Assembly (NCBI GenBank): GCA_964016885.1
Contig: OZ024763.1
Coordinates: forward strand, 9,176,001-9,240,000
Source of the DNA: Eledone cirrhosa
Lineage: Eukaryota
DNA length: 64,000 bases
Reading direction: 5' to 3'
Of the stretch, positions 63,240 to 64,000 are shown piece by piece (the stretch's first letter is position 1; each line of letters begins with the position of its first letter). A model generated the notes under the pieces. That model did no database searches, was not told where the DNA came from, and worked only from the letters and a program-made list of their open reading frames with translations. Both the position numbers and the translations under genes were made by a program.

Positions 63240-64000
63240 AAGATCTTACAAGAACTAAACAAATTCATACATATATTAATAGAGTTCTTACATTTAAGTA
63301 TGAAGAAAATTTCCTCAACACACAATTTGCAAAATCTAGATAAAGCTGTGTTCTAGTATGCAGGTGCTTCTGAAATTATTTCCCAAGTTAAAGAATAGTC
63401 CGTAATTTTGGATTTTAAGTTCCATATCAGGTTTGATAGAGAAGTTGAAGATTTTTTACCAATATTATTAAACGAGCATTTGTGAGTATTAAAACGAGTT
63501 TTAAAGTCTGTAGAAGTTGAACCTACATAGTTAAATATATTGTCACTGGTTTTGACTGTGCATTTATAGACCACATCTTTCTCTAAGCACTTATTTTTTA
63601 ACGGACAGTTTGATTTAATTCTACAATTACATTTAGCGGAGTTGAAGTTATTTGGAACAGTATTATTATGTTGGATATTGCTAGAGATATTACTGCTATT
63701 TTGGTTATGGTTTAAATTTCTATTATTGATTCTATTTATATTTTGTGCTAAGTTCATAGTAGTAGAGTAAGATAGTTTTATTGTATGTCTGTTAAAGATT
63801 GAGTGGTATCTATGGGTTTTAGGGAAACATTTATCTAGAGCTTTTAAAGAATAGCTTAGCTAAAGGTGTTTTAATGCTTAATGAGAAAGAAGGTGAATAC
63901 CAAATTATATTTCTGGTTCTATTCCTTCTGTTAGTTTTAGAGTTTAAGTTAGGTTTTCTATTGCAATTATAATTAATAGTAAGGTTATTTGCCTTATCAC
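63240..64000 (-). mobile_element. Penelope-like (Neptune-type) retroelement: linker plus GIY-YIG endonuclease, decayed
   Basis: RNIIWY, IFNRHTIKLSYS, CNCRIKSNCPLKNKC, VVYKC..YVGST..FKTRFNTH, CKLCVEE. Confidence 0.88.

Overview
AT-rich, repeat-saturated eukaryotic genomic DNA. The repeat repertoire suggests an octopod cephalopod (inference from RTE LINEs with (GAT)n tails, Nin- and Meta/V-type tRNA SINEs and long (TA)/(TATG) microsatellites). The only host gene I can support is the 3' end of a PTPN11/SHP2 (corkscrew) orthologue on the minus strand, with three coding exons at 62110-61962, 61374-61154 and 55428-55368. The rest is mostly decayed mobile DNA: many RTE LINEs whose RT carries an inserted PHD-type finger, CR1, CRE, L1/Tx1, Penelope-like, an RT-deleted Gypsy LTR element, Tigger/pogo and Merlin fragments, MITEs and SINEs. 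It also holds a ~3.4-kb tandem triplication at the start and a ~6-kb segmental duplication. The most notable signals are three minimal type-I hammerhead ribozyme motifs (one canonical, sense-oriented in a PTPN11 intron), a loop-less 374-bp palindrome and an intact-looking tRNA-like gene with a GGC anticodon. Most ORFs in the track are microsatellite or antisense artefacts. Boundaries of decayed elements are approximate; exon and ribozyme coordinates were read base by base.
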